From a virus (lineage: Duplodnaviria > Caudoviricetes): 51,556 nt of DNA. The stretch covers positions 1 through 51,556 of the IMG/VR virus record IMGVR_UViG_3300048778_000586; one strand, 5' to 3'. The notes below the pieces were generated by a model, which had not been told where the DNA came from, made no database searches, and saw nothing but the letters and a program-made list of their open reading frames with translations. Positions 1 to 8,148 of this stretch are shown here, piece after piece. The stretch's first letter is position 1. Each line of letters begins with the position of its first letter. The translations under genes were made by a program, and so were the position numbers.

Positions 1-114
1 GAAACTGCCGAAGCTATCGGCGCTCACAAAGCCATCAAGCACCGGAAAGAAGAAACGCCCGGCGCAGATATATCAATACAGGCAACAGGCTCGAAGGAAG
101 TGCCTAACAGGTAA
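1..114 (+). CDS. 3' end of an ORF truncated by the window edge (probable integrase-proximal cassette gene)
   Basis: Open frame from base 1 (ETAEAIGAHK...EVPNR) to TAA 112-114; contains GCCTAAC at 102-108. Confidence 0.5.
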   Translation, partial: ETAEAIGAHKAIKHRKEETPGADISIQATGSKEVPNR

Positions 115-141
115 TTCAACCAACCTAGTTGGCATAATCAC
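102..141 (-). other. putative attI-like recombination site
   Basis: GCCTAAC at 102-108 reads GTTAGGC (GTTRRRY core) on the minus strand, 33 bp upstream of the integrase ATG, the usual attI position. Confidence 0.5.
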
Positions 142-1110
142 ATGACACTTACCCAAAGATTTGAGGATGCGATGATCGAGCAGAGTTGCCTGCCTAATAC
201 CCGCGCCACTTACCATCTTTGGGTAAAACATTTTTATCGTTTTTTTAAAAAGCCAGCTTCGTCATGGATGCCTCAGGATGTTCGCCAATGGATGTTGTAT
301 CTCCATGCTCAAAAGTATTCACCCACATCCCGAAAGCAGGCGCTCTGCGCCGTTAAATTCGTCTTTGACCATGTTCTAAAATTGAATCTTGGCCAGCTTG
401 AGCTGCCGCCAATGCCGCGTGTGCGTCAAACTCTGCGCACTATTCCAACCATCGAGGAAATTGGGCGCATTTTTTCAGGGATGCGTGGGCTTTCAAAAAC
501 AATGGCACAGGTGATGTTCGGTTCGGGATTGCGCGTCAATGAATGTTGCCATTTGCGTGTGCAGGATATTGATTTTGCGGCACTCACGGTCCGTGTTCAT
601 TGCGGTAAGGGATTCAAGTCGAGACTCACTGTATTGCCGGTGTCTCTAGTCCCAGTATTGCAACGGCATTTGGCATTACGAAAGGCATTACATGATTGCG
701 ACCTGGCCGCAGGTTATGGTTTGGTGGAATTACCAGGGCGACTTGCCGTGAAATATAAAAACTCCAGCCGTGAATTTAGATGGCAGTGGCTTTTTCCTTC
801 TACACAAATCCGGGGTCAATATCGCTGGCACGCCACGGATGAATGTGTGGCCAAGGCAATGCGCAAAGCTGTGGCCGCCGCAGGAATAATAAAGCGCATC
901 ACACCTCATACGCTGCGTCATGCCTTTGTTACCTACGGTCTGCGCTGCGGCAATGACATCAAGACGATGATGGACATGGTTGGCCATGAAGACGCGAATA
1001 CAACGATGATTTACGATCATTGTGATGCTGCTCAGGGTGTCAGCCCAATGGATTGTGTTTCTACACCACGATTATTGCCGTCTATTCAAACTCAAAATCT
1101 GATTACATGA
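142..1110 (+). CDS. intI: integron-type tyrosine recombinase (IntI family)
   Basis: N-terminal SAM-like domain (NTRATYHLWVKHF...SPTSRKQAL); catalytic residues in GSGLR, GKG.KSR, HTLRH, GHED and TTMIY; IntI-specific insertion DLAAGYGLVELPGRLAVKYKNSSREFRWQWLFPS. Confidence 0.9.
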   Translation: MTLTQRFEDAMIEQSCLPNTRATYHLWVKHFYRFFKKPASSWMPQDVRQWMLYLHAQKYSPTSRKQALCAVKFVFDHVLKLNLGQLELPPMPRVRQTLRTIPTIEEIGRIFSGMRGLSKTMAQVMFGSGLRVNECCHLRVQDIDFAALTVRVHCGKGFKSRLTVLPVSLVPVLQRHLALRKALHDCDLAAGYGLVELPGRLAVKYKNSSREFRWQWLFPSTQIRGQYRWHATDECVAKAMRKAVAAAGIIKRITPHTLRHAFVTYGLRCGNDIKTMMDMVGHEDANTTMIYDHCDAAQGVSPMDCVSTPRLLPSIQTQNLIT

Positions 1111-1177
1111 ATCTTGATAAGCATGAATTGAAGCTGCTGGCGGCTGTGCCAAAGAACCTGCCGACACCAATCTAAAA

Positions 1178-1750
1178 ATGGTCATAAAACAAACACGCGC
1201 GTTGGGCGACACGGCTTTTGCCGATGGCGATTTGCAGCCGGTCACGGACCGCCGCGGTTCGCTGGCCGCTGATTCGGCTGATACCTCCGCCCTGGTCGGC
1301 GATAGTTCATTCTCGGAACTCGTCGGGCGGATGCGCCGCGAGTTCGATGATCTGTCCGTGCCGCTGTGCGAGGAAGTCCTTGACTGGCTCAAGGGTGAAG
1401 GGTTGCTCGCCATCGGCGCCCATGCACACCATTCGATGCGACCGGCAAAATGGAAGGTGGGTGTCCTCATGGTTTTGGAATACGTTTTCAAACACCCGGC
1501 CATGACGGACATCTTCGCCGCGCTCTATATCTGGGATGAACCGTTGCTGGACGATATCCTCGGACACCTGAACCCCGCCCAGTTCGCCGCCAGGATCGGG
1601 GTGACGCGCGAGGCGGTCAATAAAGCGGTCCTACGCGCGCAATTGTATTTCAAACTGCCGCCGCGAAGGGGTCAGAGGCATCCGCAGGCGCGAGCTAATA
1701 TGAAACAGGCGAGGATGAAACAGTTGAAACGGTTGAAAGTTGAGGGTTGA
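1178..1750 (+). CDS. HTH DNA-binding protein (sigma region-4-like), candidate late regulator
   Basis: C-terminal PAQFAARIGVTREAVNKAV helix-turn-helix and basic tail. Confidence 0.55.
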   Translation: MVIKQTRALGDTAFADGDLQPVTDRRGSLAADSADTSALVGDSSFSELVGRMRREFDDLSVPLCEEVLDWLKGEGLLAIGAHAHHSMRPAKWKVGVLMVLEYVFKHPAMTDIFAALYIWDEPLLDDILGHLNPAQFAARIGVTREAVNKAVLRAQLYFKLPPRRGQRHPQARANMKQARMKQLKRLKVEG

Positions 1751-1794
1751 AAGTTAAAAAAAAAGGCAATTAAAAAACAAAGAACACAAAGTTT

Positions 1795-2541
1795 ATGACA
1801 AAAAAAATCAAGAAATCAAATCATGGAACCGGACATCCCACATTGGTCGAATCCGGCGGAAGCCGGAATACGCGCAACCTTAAGGTTGCGGCTACAGTTG
1901 CTTTCACCGGCGCTCGCGCGGAGTTCCTGGCCGGCAATCCCAAGGCGAAGAAGCTCCAAAAGGCGCATCTCCACGAAATCACCACCCGCATCGGCCGCTA
2001 TCGCCATGATATCCTGAGCTGGGCCACCCATGGCGTCAAACTCGCCAATGAAGCGCGCGAGATCGGCCTGCTCATCGTATCATACCTCGACACTTTGCCA
2101 GGCAAACAGATGACGCTCGACCTCTGGATGCAGTTGCAAAACCTGTTCATTGACCAGTACGGCAACCGCATCACCCAGGAAACGCTCAAGTGGTTCGTCA
2201 AAATCGCCAAGGCCAACCCGGACCCGTTTGACAGCATCCTCGACGTGCTGCAATGGCGCCAGCCGCTATTGCTCGCCAGCGGCGATGAGACGTTCCAGTT
2301 GACCGGCGAACGCCCGCAACAAGTCTTGCATGCCCCCGCCAATCCCATGAGCTTGCTCAAGGATTATTTCAACCCTGACCTGGAGGCCATCGTGACCGAG
2401 CTGCGCGCCAATATAAATTATTGCCCGGATGGCGAGCATTTCCGGCCCGACCTGTGCGAAACGCTGCGCGTGGAAATGGAACCCAAACTCAAACGCTATG
2501 ATAGCGCCCGGCTGTGGCTCCGGGGGGAGTTGGGAATTTGA
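1795..2541 (+). CDS. hypothetical phage protein with an in-frame REP-like insert (RNLKVAAT)
   Basis: 248-aa ORF with an A-rich leader. Confidence 0.6.
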   Translation: MTKKIKKSNHGTGHPTLVESGGSRNTRNLKVAATVAFTGARAEFLAGNPKAKKLQKAHLHEITTRIGRYRHDILSWATHGVKLANEAREIGLLIVSYLDTLPGKQMTLDLWMQLQNLFIDQYGNRITQETLKWFVKIAKANPDPFDSILDVLQWRQPLLLASGDETFQLTGERPQQVLHAPANPMSLLKDYFNPDLEAIVTELRANINYCPDGEHFRPDLCETLRVEMEPKLKRYDSARLWLRGELGI

Positions 2542-2613
2542 AAATGGTTGAAGGTTGATCCCTGCGTCGCCGTGGGCTATGCAGGACAAGGGGTTGAAAG
2601 TTGAGGGTTAAAA

Positions 2614-2931
2614 ATGAAATTGAAACGGATACAGCTTAGGCGCACGCGCGGATGGCGGATGCCGGCTAATACGGTGAAGGTGGACCGCACCACGCCGTTC
2701 GGCAATCCGTTCAAGACGGGCGAGAAGTTTTTTGATTATGTCATCGGTTCCGTCCAGGTCGTCAGGAACAACCGCCACGCCGTCGCCCTTTTTCGACAGC
2801 ATCTGATTATGTTTCCCAATCTCCGCGCGCGGATCAAACGCGAGTTGCGCGGGAAAAATCTGGCGTGCTGGTGCGAACCCGGCGCACCATGCCATGCGGA
2901 TGTGCTGATGAAAGTTGCGAATCAAGAATGA
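2614..2931 (+). CDS. DUF4326-family phage protein
   Basis: Signature KRIQLRRTRGWRMP...VDR...FGNPF...ELRGKNLACWC...CHADVL. Confidence 0.8.
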   Translation: MKLKRIQLRRTRGWRMPANTVKVDRTTPFGNPFKTGEKFFDYVIGSVQVVRNNRHAVALFRQHLIMFPNLRARIKRELRGKNLACWCEPGAPCHADVLMKVANQE

Positions 2932-2973
2932 AGAAACTTTATCCGCAGATTGCGCGGATTAACGCAGATTATT

Positions 2974-4026
2974 GTGGCGAAACCTTCAACCCTCAACCTT
3001 CAACCTGCAACCCGCTTTTGCCGGAATGCCCAAGCGGTCGCCCGGGCGTGGGGTGTGCGCATCCTGAAACAGCGCCAGCGCCGCAAAGCTCAGCTCGAGG
3101 CCGTCCGCACCGCCATGGAGCACCCGGATTTCCCCAAGAAACAACGCCAGGGCTGGCCCGCCGCAGAAATCGTCCTGTGGGGAAAATGTTATGTGGAGTT
3201 GAATAAGAAAGGGAATGAGTTTGAAGTCAATACGGTATCTGCCCATGCTAAAACGCAACCTGAAGGTTGCGGCTACAATGGTGATTCACAGCAGTTTTCC
3301 CTGGAGGTTGATCCGAAGGAGGCGGCTGAGAATCGCAAACGGGCCATCTGGGTGCGGTTTCAAAAGGGCGAGCGCGTCTCGAACGAGGATAAACGGTTCG
3401 CCGGCATCCCGAGTTATGAGGCCGCCGAGGACGATGGACGCGATGAGATAGCCGGGCAGGAGGGCGTGGCCAATCATATCCGGCGCCATTACAATTATCC
3501 CTGCACGAAGATGGACATCAGCCGGTGGCTGCGCGGCCGGAACCTGCCGCCCAATTGCGCGGAGCATTTTCCGCAATCGTTTTTGTCCGGGCGCTGGCGT
3601 AAATCAATGGTGGATGCGTGGGCGAAAAAATACATGGTCAAGTGGTCTGGCACACCGGATTTGGTACAGATGGATTCCCGCAGCAAACTGGAAACGGTGA
3701 CTTTTGAGCGGGCAAATCTGGAATTCGAGCTTTTCAAGAAGGCGCATGATGGTCAATACATCCTGAAGACCGAGCATGAGAATGCAATGCGCAGCGCGGG
3801 CGCCATTGTTTGGGCGCGGTTATGCCGGTGCATCGAAACGGAACTCATCAAGGGGCTGGAGGAATTCCTAAAAATCCAGAAGCCAGAAGTCAGGAGCCAG
3901 AAGCCAGAAGATAAATGGCAGAAGACAGCGCAGTCCATTCTGGATGATGCGCGGGCGCGGCATCGTGCGGCGGTGGATGCCATGCAGAAGGAATTTGCGG
4001 GACAAATGGCGACAGTTGAGAGTTGA
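2974..4026 (+). CDS. putative terminase small subunit (Nu1-like); start uncertain
   Basis: HTH-like segments and coiled-coil ERANLEFELFKKAHDGQYILK; lies upstream of the gpA-type terminase. GTG 2974 chosen because the upstream sequence is repeat-derived. Confidence 0.5.
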   Translation: MAKPSTLNLQPATRFCRNAQAVARAWGVRILKQRQRRKAQLEAVRTAMEHPDFPKKQRQGWPAAEIVLWGKCYVELNKKGNEFEVNTVSAHAKTQPEGCGYNGDSQQFSLEVDPKEAAENRKRAIWVRFQKGERVSNEDKRFAGIPSYEAAEDDGRDEIAGQEGVANHIRRHYNYPCTKMDISRWLRGRNLPPNCAEHFPQSFLSGRWRKSMVDAWAKKYMVKWSGTPDLVQMDSRSKLETVTFERANLEFELFKKAHDGQYILKTEHENAMRSAGAIVWARLCRCIETELIKGLEEFLKIQKPEVRSQKPEDKWQKTAQSILDDARARHRAAVDAMQKEFAGQMATVES

Positions 4027-4087
4027 GAAATGGTTGAGAGTTGAAGGTTGGGAAGTTTTTAATTTTTAATTTTGAGTTTTGAATTAT

Positions 4088-4451
4088 ATGAGTGTCAGTA
4101 AACTTGAATTTGAACGGATGAGAGATCGGGTTTCCGGCATAAAAACTGACCAGCCGGTGTTGCGAGAGTCCGATCTTCACACCGATATTCGTGAGTATTG
4201 CGACAAGCAATGGCCGCGCTGGAAATTCATCGAGGCCAGATTCGGTCAGCGTTCAACTATTGCCATTGGCTTTCAGGATTTCACCATATTCCTTCCAAAC
4301 GGCAAAGTCTTGTGCGTGGAGTGCAAACGTAAAGGCCAAAAAGCCAGACAAAGACCAGCAATCATGGCACTTCGAGATGGGCAGGCTCGGTCATAAGGTG
4401 TTAGTGGTTCACAACATTTCAGAATTTATCGCTGAAACAAAACTACTCTGA
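4088..4451 (+). pseudogene. VRR-NUC nuclease split by a one-base frameshift
   Basis: GFQDFTIFLPNGKVLCVECKRKG in one frame; the family C-terminus KPDKDQQSWHFEMGRLGHKVLVV is in the +1 frame, switching at GGCCAAAAAG (~4334-4343). Confidence 0.7.
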
Positions 4452-4454
4452 AAT

Positions 4455-6527
4455 ATGACCAGCACTGAAATCAAAGCAAACTCAGGCCACCTCACCCCGA
4501 CCCTCTCCCCCAAGGGTGGAGAGGAGGACAAGTTGCAGAGGCCGTTTTTTGAGGCGTTCATGCCGCGATACCGCGGCACGGTCTGGGAAAATGCCCGGCG
4601 CTTCCGGCTCATTGGTAAAGCCTATGAATCCATGCCGCCCGAACAGAACGGCTATTTCAATATCGCCACCTGCCGCCATCTGACCGGTCCGCTAACTGCC
4701 TGGCAACATCCCGATATCCGAAAAATTCTCGTCCGCAAAGCCATCCAGTCGCAAGGGTCGCTCGTCATTGATCTGGTCATTCCCTACATCATCGAGCATG
4801 ACCCGCGCAATACCTTGCTGCTGTTCGAGACTGACCCCAAGGCGATGGATTATTGCAGCATCCGGCTCATGGACACGCTCAAACAGCATCCGGTCATCGG
4901 CAACATGATCCTGGACGTGCAAAAGGTTGATCGTAATAACGTGACCACGACGTTCATCAAGTTCCCCGCCATGACGCTCTTGGTGGGCGGCTTAAACGAC
5001 AGCAACACGGCGTCGCTGGCGTGGCCGAACGTGCTCATAAGCGAGGCGTGGTTCCACAAGGCCGACGGGTTGCTGTTCAAGGCGTTTGGACGCACGGCGC
5101 AGTTCGAGCATACCTGCAAGATTCTGGTTGAATCCCAGGCGGGAATGGAGGGAGAGGATTTCGCGCGCGAATGCGACCTGGCCGTGCGCGTGCCGCTGAC
5201 CTGGGCGTGCCCGCATTGCGGCGGTCGGCAGGAATGGGAGTTCTCACAAAAAAGGGCGGAAGAGTTCAAATGCAGAATGCAGAATGCAGAATGCAGAATG
5301 CAGAATGAGAAACCAAAACCCGGCACCTATGCGGGCATGATCATACCGCACTCGACCCGGATGGCGGATGGCGCGGAAATCGAGGTCAGCGCGGATGAAC
5401 GGGCACTCGGCGCCGAGTGGGAATGTTATTGGTGCGGAGCGCGGCTTGCCGACACGCCACCATTACGCCGGCAGTTGATGGACAGTTATCAGCAGATCAT
5501 CCCATCACCGGCGCCGCGCGCGGTTGTGTTCGACTGGCCTGAAGAGGCGAGCCTTGGTATATCCTTTGCCGAGAGCGTCCGGCATTTTCTCACCGCCGAT
5601 GCCGCGCAAAAGGCCGGTAACATCATCCCGAAACAGGATTGGTATATGCAACGGCGCGCACGGACATGGAACCCAGCCCTGACAAGGCCGCAGATTGATA
5701 TTGCGCCCGGCAGTTATGATCCGAACCAGATCGTCCCCGATGAGCATTCGCGTAACATGGCCGTGGATTGCCAGCAGGATCAGGTGGTCATGGACAAGAC
5801 AGGCAAATCCGTCACCGGCTGGTTCTGGTACATCGTCCGGGTGGTGGACAAGTTCGGCAATAGCAAACAACTGGCGCGCGGCTATGTAAAATCGTGGGAG
5901 GAATGGATCGCCGTCCAGAAAAAGTGGAAGGTGCCGAATGACCGTGTGGTGATTGATATAGGGCAATGGCCAGGGCAGATTACCCAGCGCGCGGCGGATG
6001 AACGCGAAACCGTGGCCGTCAACAAGATGACGATGCTCGGCTTTATGAAGGACCGAACGGTGACGTGGTATTTGCTGGCCGCGGAACTAATGCGCCGCCA
6101 GTTCAAACATCGGGACGGCCAGATACGGCCGTGGTCGCCGCCGCAACCCATCCCCGCCACAGTGTTCGACAATGACGGGCGCCGGCAGGTGATTCATCTC
6201 AAGAAAATACGGTGGGACAACATGACGTTCAGGCTACAAGTGGACGCCCTGCGCAGCGGCGCACCGGGTATGCCGAAGATGGAAGTGCTGGGCAGGGAAT
6301 TCCTGGACGCGCAGACACAGGCCATGGAGCGCGGCGACCTGACTTATGAGCGGCAGATGGACGCGCAGTATTACATCCCGGAGAAAAGACAGTTCAAAGA
6401 ATTGCGACCGAATGACCATTACATGGCGTGCGAGGCGATGCTGCTGGTGCGGCAGGCCATGGACGGCATGATGGGGCATTTGGCCATTGCAGAAGATAGT
6501 AGTCAGGAGTCAGTAGTCAGGAGTTAA
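4455..6527 (+). CDS. terminase large subunit, lambda gpA-like
   Basis: ATPase region (KILVRKAIQSQGS, VLISEAW, LVESQ), CPHCG and CYWC zinc motifs, nuclease motifs MAVDCQ, VVIDIG and NDHY; lies upstream of the portal. Confidence 0.85.
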   Translation: MTSTEIKANSGHLTPTLSPKGGEEDKLQRPFFEAFMPRYRGTVWENARRFRLIGKAYESMPPEQNGYFNIATCRHLTGPLTAWQHPDIRKILVRKAIQSQGSLVIDLVIPYIIEHDPRNTLLLFETDPKAMDYCSIRLMDTLKQHPVIGNMILDVQKVDRNNVTTTFIKFPAMTLLVGGLNDSNTASLAWPNVLISEAWFHKADGLLFKAFGRTAQFEHTCKILVESQAGMEGEDFARECDLAVRVPLTWACPHCGGRQEWEFSQKRAEEFKCRMQNAECRMQNEKPKPGTYAGMIIPHSTRMADGAEIEVSADERALGAEWECYWCGARLADTPPLRRQLMDSYQQIIPSPAPRAVVFDWPEEASLGISFAESVRHFLTADAAQKAGNIIPKQDWYMQRRARTWNPALTRPQIDIAPGSYDPNQIVPDEHSRNMAVDCQQDQVVMDKTGKSVTGWFWYIVRVVDKFGNSKQLARGYVKSWEEWIAVQKKWKVPNDRVVIDIGQWPGQITQRAADERETVAVNKMTMLGFMKDRTVTWYLLAAELMRRQFKHRDGQIRPWSPPQPIPATVFDNDGRRQVIHLKKIRWDNMTFRLQVDALRSGAPGMPKMEVLGREFLDAQTQAMERGDLTYERQMDAQYYIPEKRQFKELRPNDHYMACEAMLLVRQAMDGMMGHLAIAEDSSQESVVRS

Positions 6528-6555
6528 AACAGGAGTTAAAAAAAATCACAAAATT

Positions 6556-7116
6556 ATGAAAACCCCAAAATTCCAATTCGGTGACATGGTTCGCATCGCC
6601 AAAGACCTTGGTTCGACAATGAGTCATTTTGAGGCAGACCAAGATGCCATCGTCATTGAAAACAACTTTTACGAGGGATATGGAAATAATGAGCGTGAAT
6701 CCAGCTATTCGTTACTGCTTTGCAAGGATGGTAATCAATGCTCATGGTATAACGAACATCAATTAACTTTTTTGCGCCGATCCAGCCTGGAAGAAATCCA
6801 GAAAATAAAATCCGATGCGGAAGCGCGCCATGTCCTCGAATCCGATATCCATTATATTCTTAAGAACTGGAAAAAACTCCGCTTTGGAGTTCCGGGTGCA
6901 ACAATGGGAAGACTCATGGAACTTATCGGCATCACGAATCCTTGGGGAGACCATGGCGAAGCATATCACTATTATGTGAACGCATTGGCAACAGCCAGAT
7001 TGCTTGATGCTGCACTCTTGACCGGCGATATTGTGAAGTTGAATAAAAGACTCAAACAATTAGGAAGACCGGAGGTGGCGGGGGAAGTGGTTGGGGGGGT
7101 GAGGAAAAAGTTTTAA
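6556..7116 (+). CDS. hypothetical protein (moron-like, more AT-rich)
   Basis: 186-aa ORF with KFQFGDMVRI N-terminus, flanked by family G repeats. Confidence 0.65.
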   Translation: MKTPKFQFGDMVRIAKDLGSTMSHFEADQDAIVIENNFYEGYGNNERESSYSLLLCKDGNQCSWYNEHQLTFLRRSSLEEIQKIKSDAEARHVLESDIHYILKNWKKLRFGVPGATMGRLMELIGITNPWGDHGEAYHYYVNALATARLLDAALLTGDIVKLNKRLKQLGRPEVAGEVVGGVRKKF

Positions 7117-7184
7117 TTTTGAATTTTGAATTTTAAGTTATCCATTACAAAAGAAGGGCTGGGTGACTTTATGGTGTTTCTGTA

Positions 7185-7769
7185 ATGCCGGACATACAGC
7201 ATCGTGAGCCAATCGTCATCGCCGCAGGGGATTCTCTGATTTTCAGGCGCCGGCTCCCCGAGTTCCCCGCCGCCGCCGGTTGGTCGCTCACTTACTCGCT
7301 GTTCGCCAGCAACGGCCAAGCCACCGATGTTTCCATTGACAGCACACCCGTCACCGGCACCGTCTATGATTATTTGATGACAGAGAACAATTTCGCCGCC
7401 ACACTGCCCGCCGGCATTTATGTCCTCGTTGGCTATGCCGAAAATAACAACGGCGAAAAACACCAGATTTATCGCGCGAACCTGACCTTGACGGAAAATC
7501 TTTCAGCCGGCAAACCCGTCAAGAATCTGCTCTGGTTCGAGCAGCAAATGGTGAACGATTTGCAGGAGAGCCTGCGCCGCAGTGTCAGGAATGAATTGCA
7601 GGAAACGGATGTGCAGCGCGTCCGTATTTTGCGCAAGCGAACAGTCGAAATCCGAACGGAACTGGCGTTCTGGGAGGAACGGCTGCATCATCGCCAGCAA
7701 ATGGAGCAGATGCGCAATACCGGGCGCAACCCGAATAGCATCGGGATGCTGCTGGGCGGGGGATGGTAA
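7185..7769 (+). CDS. putative head-tail joining protein (gpW position)
   Basis: IAAGDSLIFRRRLPEFPAAAGWSLTY motif; lies between terminase and portal. Confidence 0.55.
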   Translation: MPDIQHREPIVIAAGDSLIFRRRLPEFPAAAGWSLTYSLFASNGQATDVSIDSTPVTGTVYDYLMTENNFAATLPAGIYVLVGYAENNNGEKHQIYRANLTLTENLSAGKPVKNLLWFEQQMVNDLQESLRRSVRNELQETDVQRVRILRKRTVEIRTELAFWEERLHHRQQMEQMRNTGRNPNSIGMLLGGGW

Positions 7770-7773
7770 ATAA

Positions 7774-7880
7774 ATGGTTGAGAGTTGGAAAATGGTTGAG
7801 AGTTGGAAAATGGTTGAGAGTTGGAAAATGGTTGAGAGTTGGAAAATGGTTGAGAGTTGAAAGTTGAAGGTTGAAAGTTA
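7774..7880 (+). repeat. tandem repeat, 5 x 18 bp (ATGGTTGAGAGTTGGAAA), running into family A heptamers
   Basis: Units start at 7774, 7792, 7810, 7828, 7846. Confidence 0.95.
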
Positions 7881-7902
7881 AACACGAAGACACGAATAAT
7901 TT

Positions 7903-8067
7903 ATGAAAATCACTTGCACGACATCAAAAGAAGTCCAGGGCGTGAAAACCGATAAAACCGCCTCGGTCGAGTTGCCCGATAATGCCTTTGAAAAACCCAA
8001 GGACGCAACCGAGGAACAAATTACGGTCACGGATTTCATCAAGTCGGTTTTTGACGGATTGAAATGA
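7903..8067 (+). CDS. small hypothetical protein (54 aa, absent from the ORF track)
   Basis: ATG 7903, MKITCTTSKEVQG...FDGLK, TGA 8065-8067. Confidence 0.5.
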   Translation: MKITCTTSKEVQGVKTDKTASVELPDNAFEKPKDATEEQITVTDFIKSVFDGLK

Positions 8068-8148
8068 TGAAATGGTTTAGGGATGAAGGTAGGCGCAACC
8101 TTAAGGTTGCGGTTACGGGTTGAGAGTTGAATATGGATAAAATTTGAA

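Noticed and set aside
7774-7880. 18-bp tandem array as a CRISPR
   Set aside because: No unique spacers and no cas genes; it is an expansion of family A.
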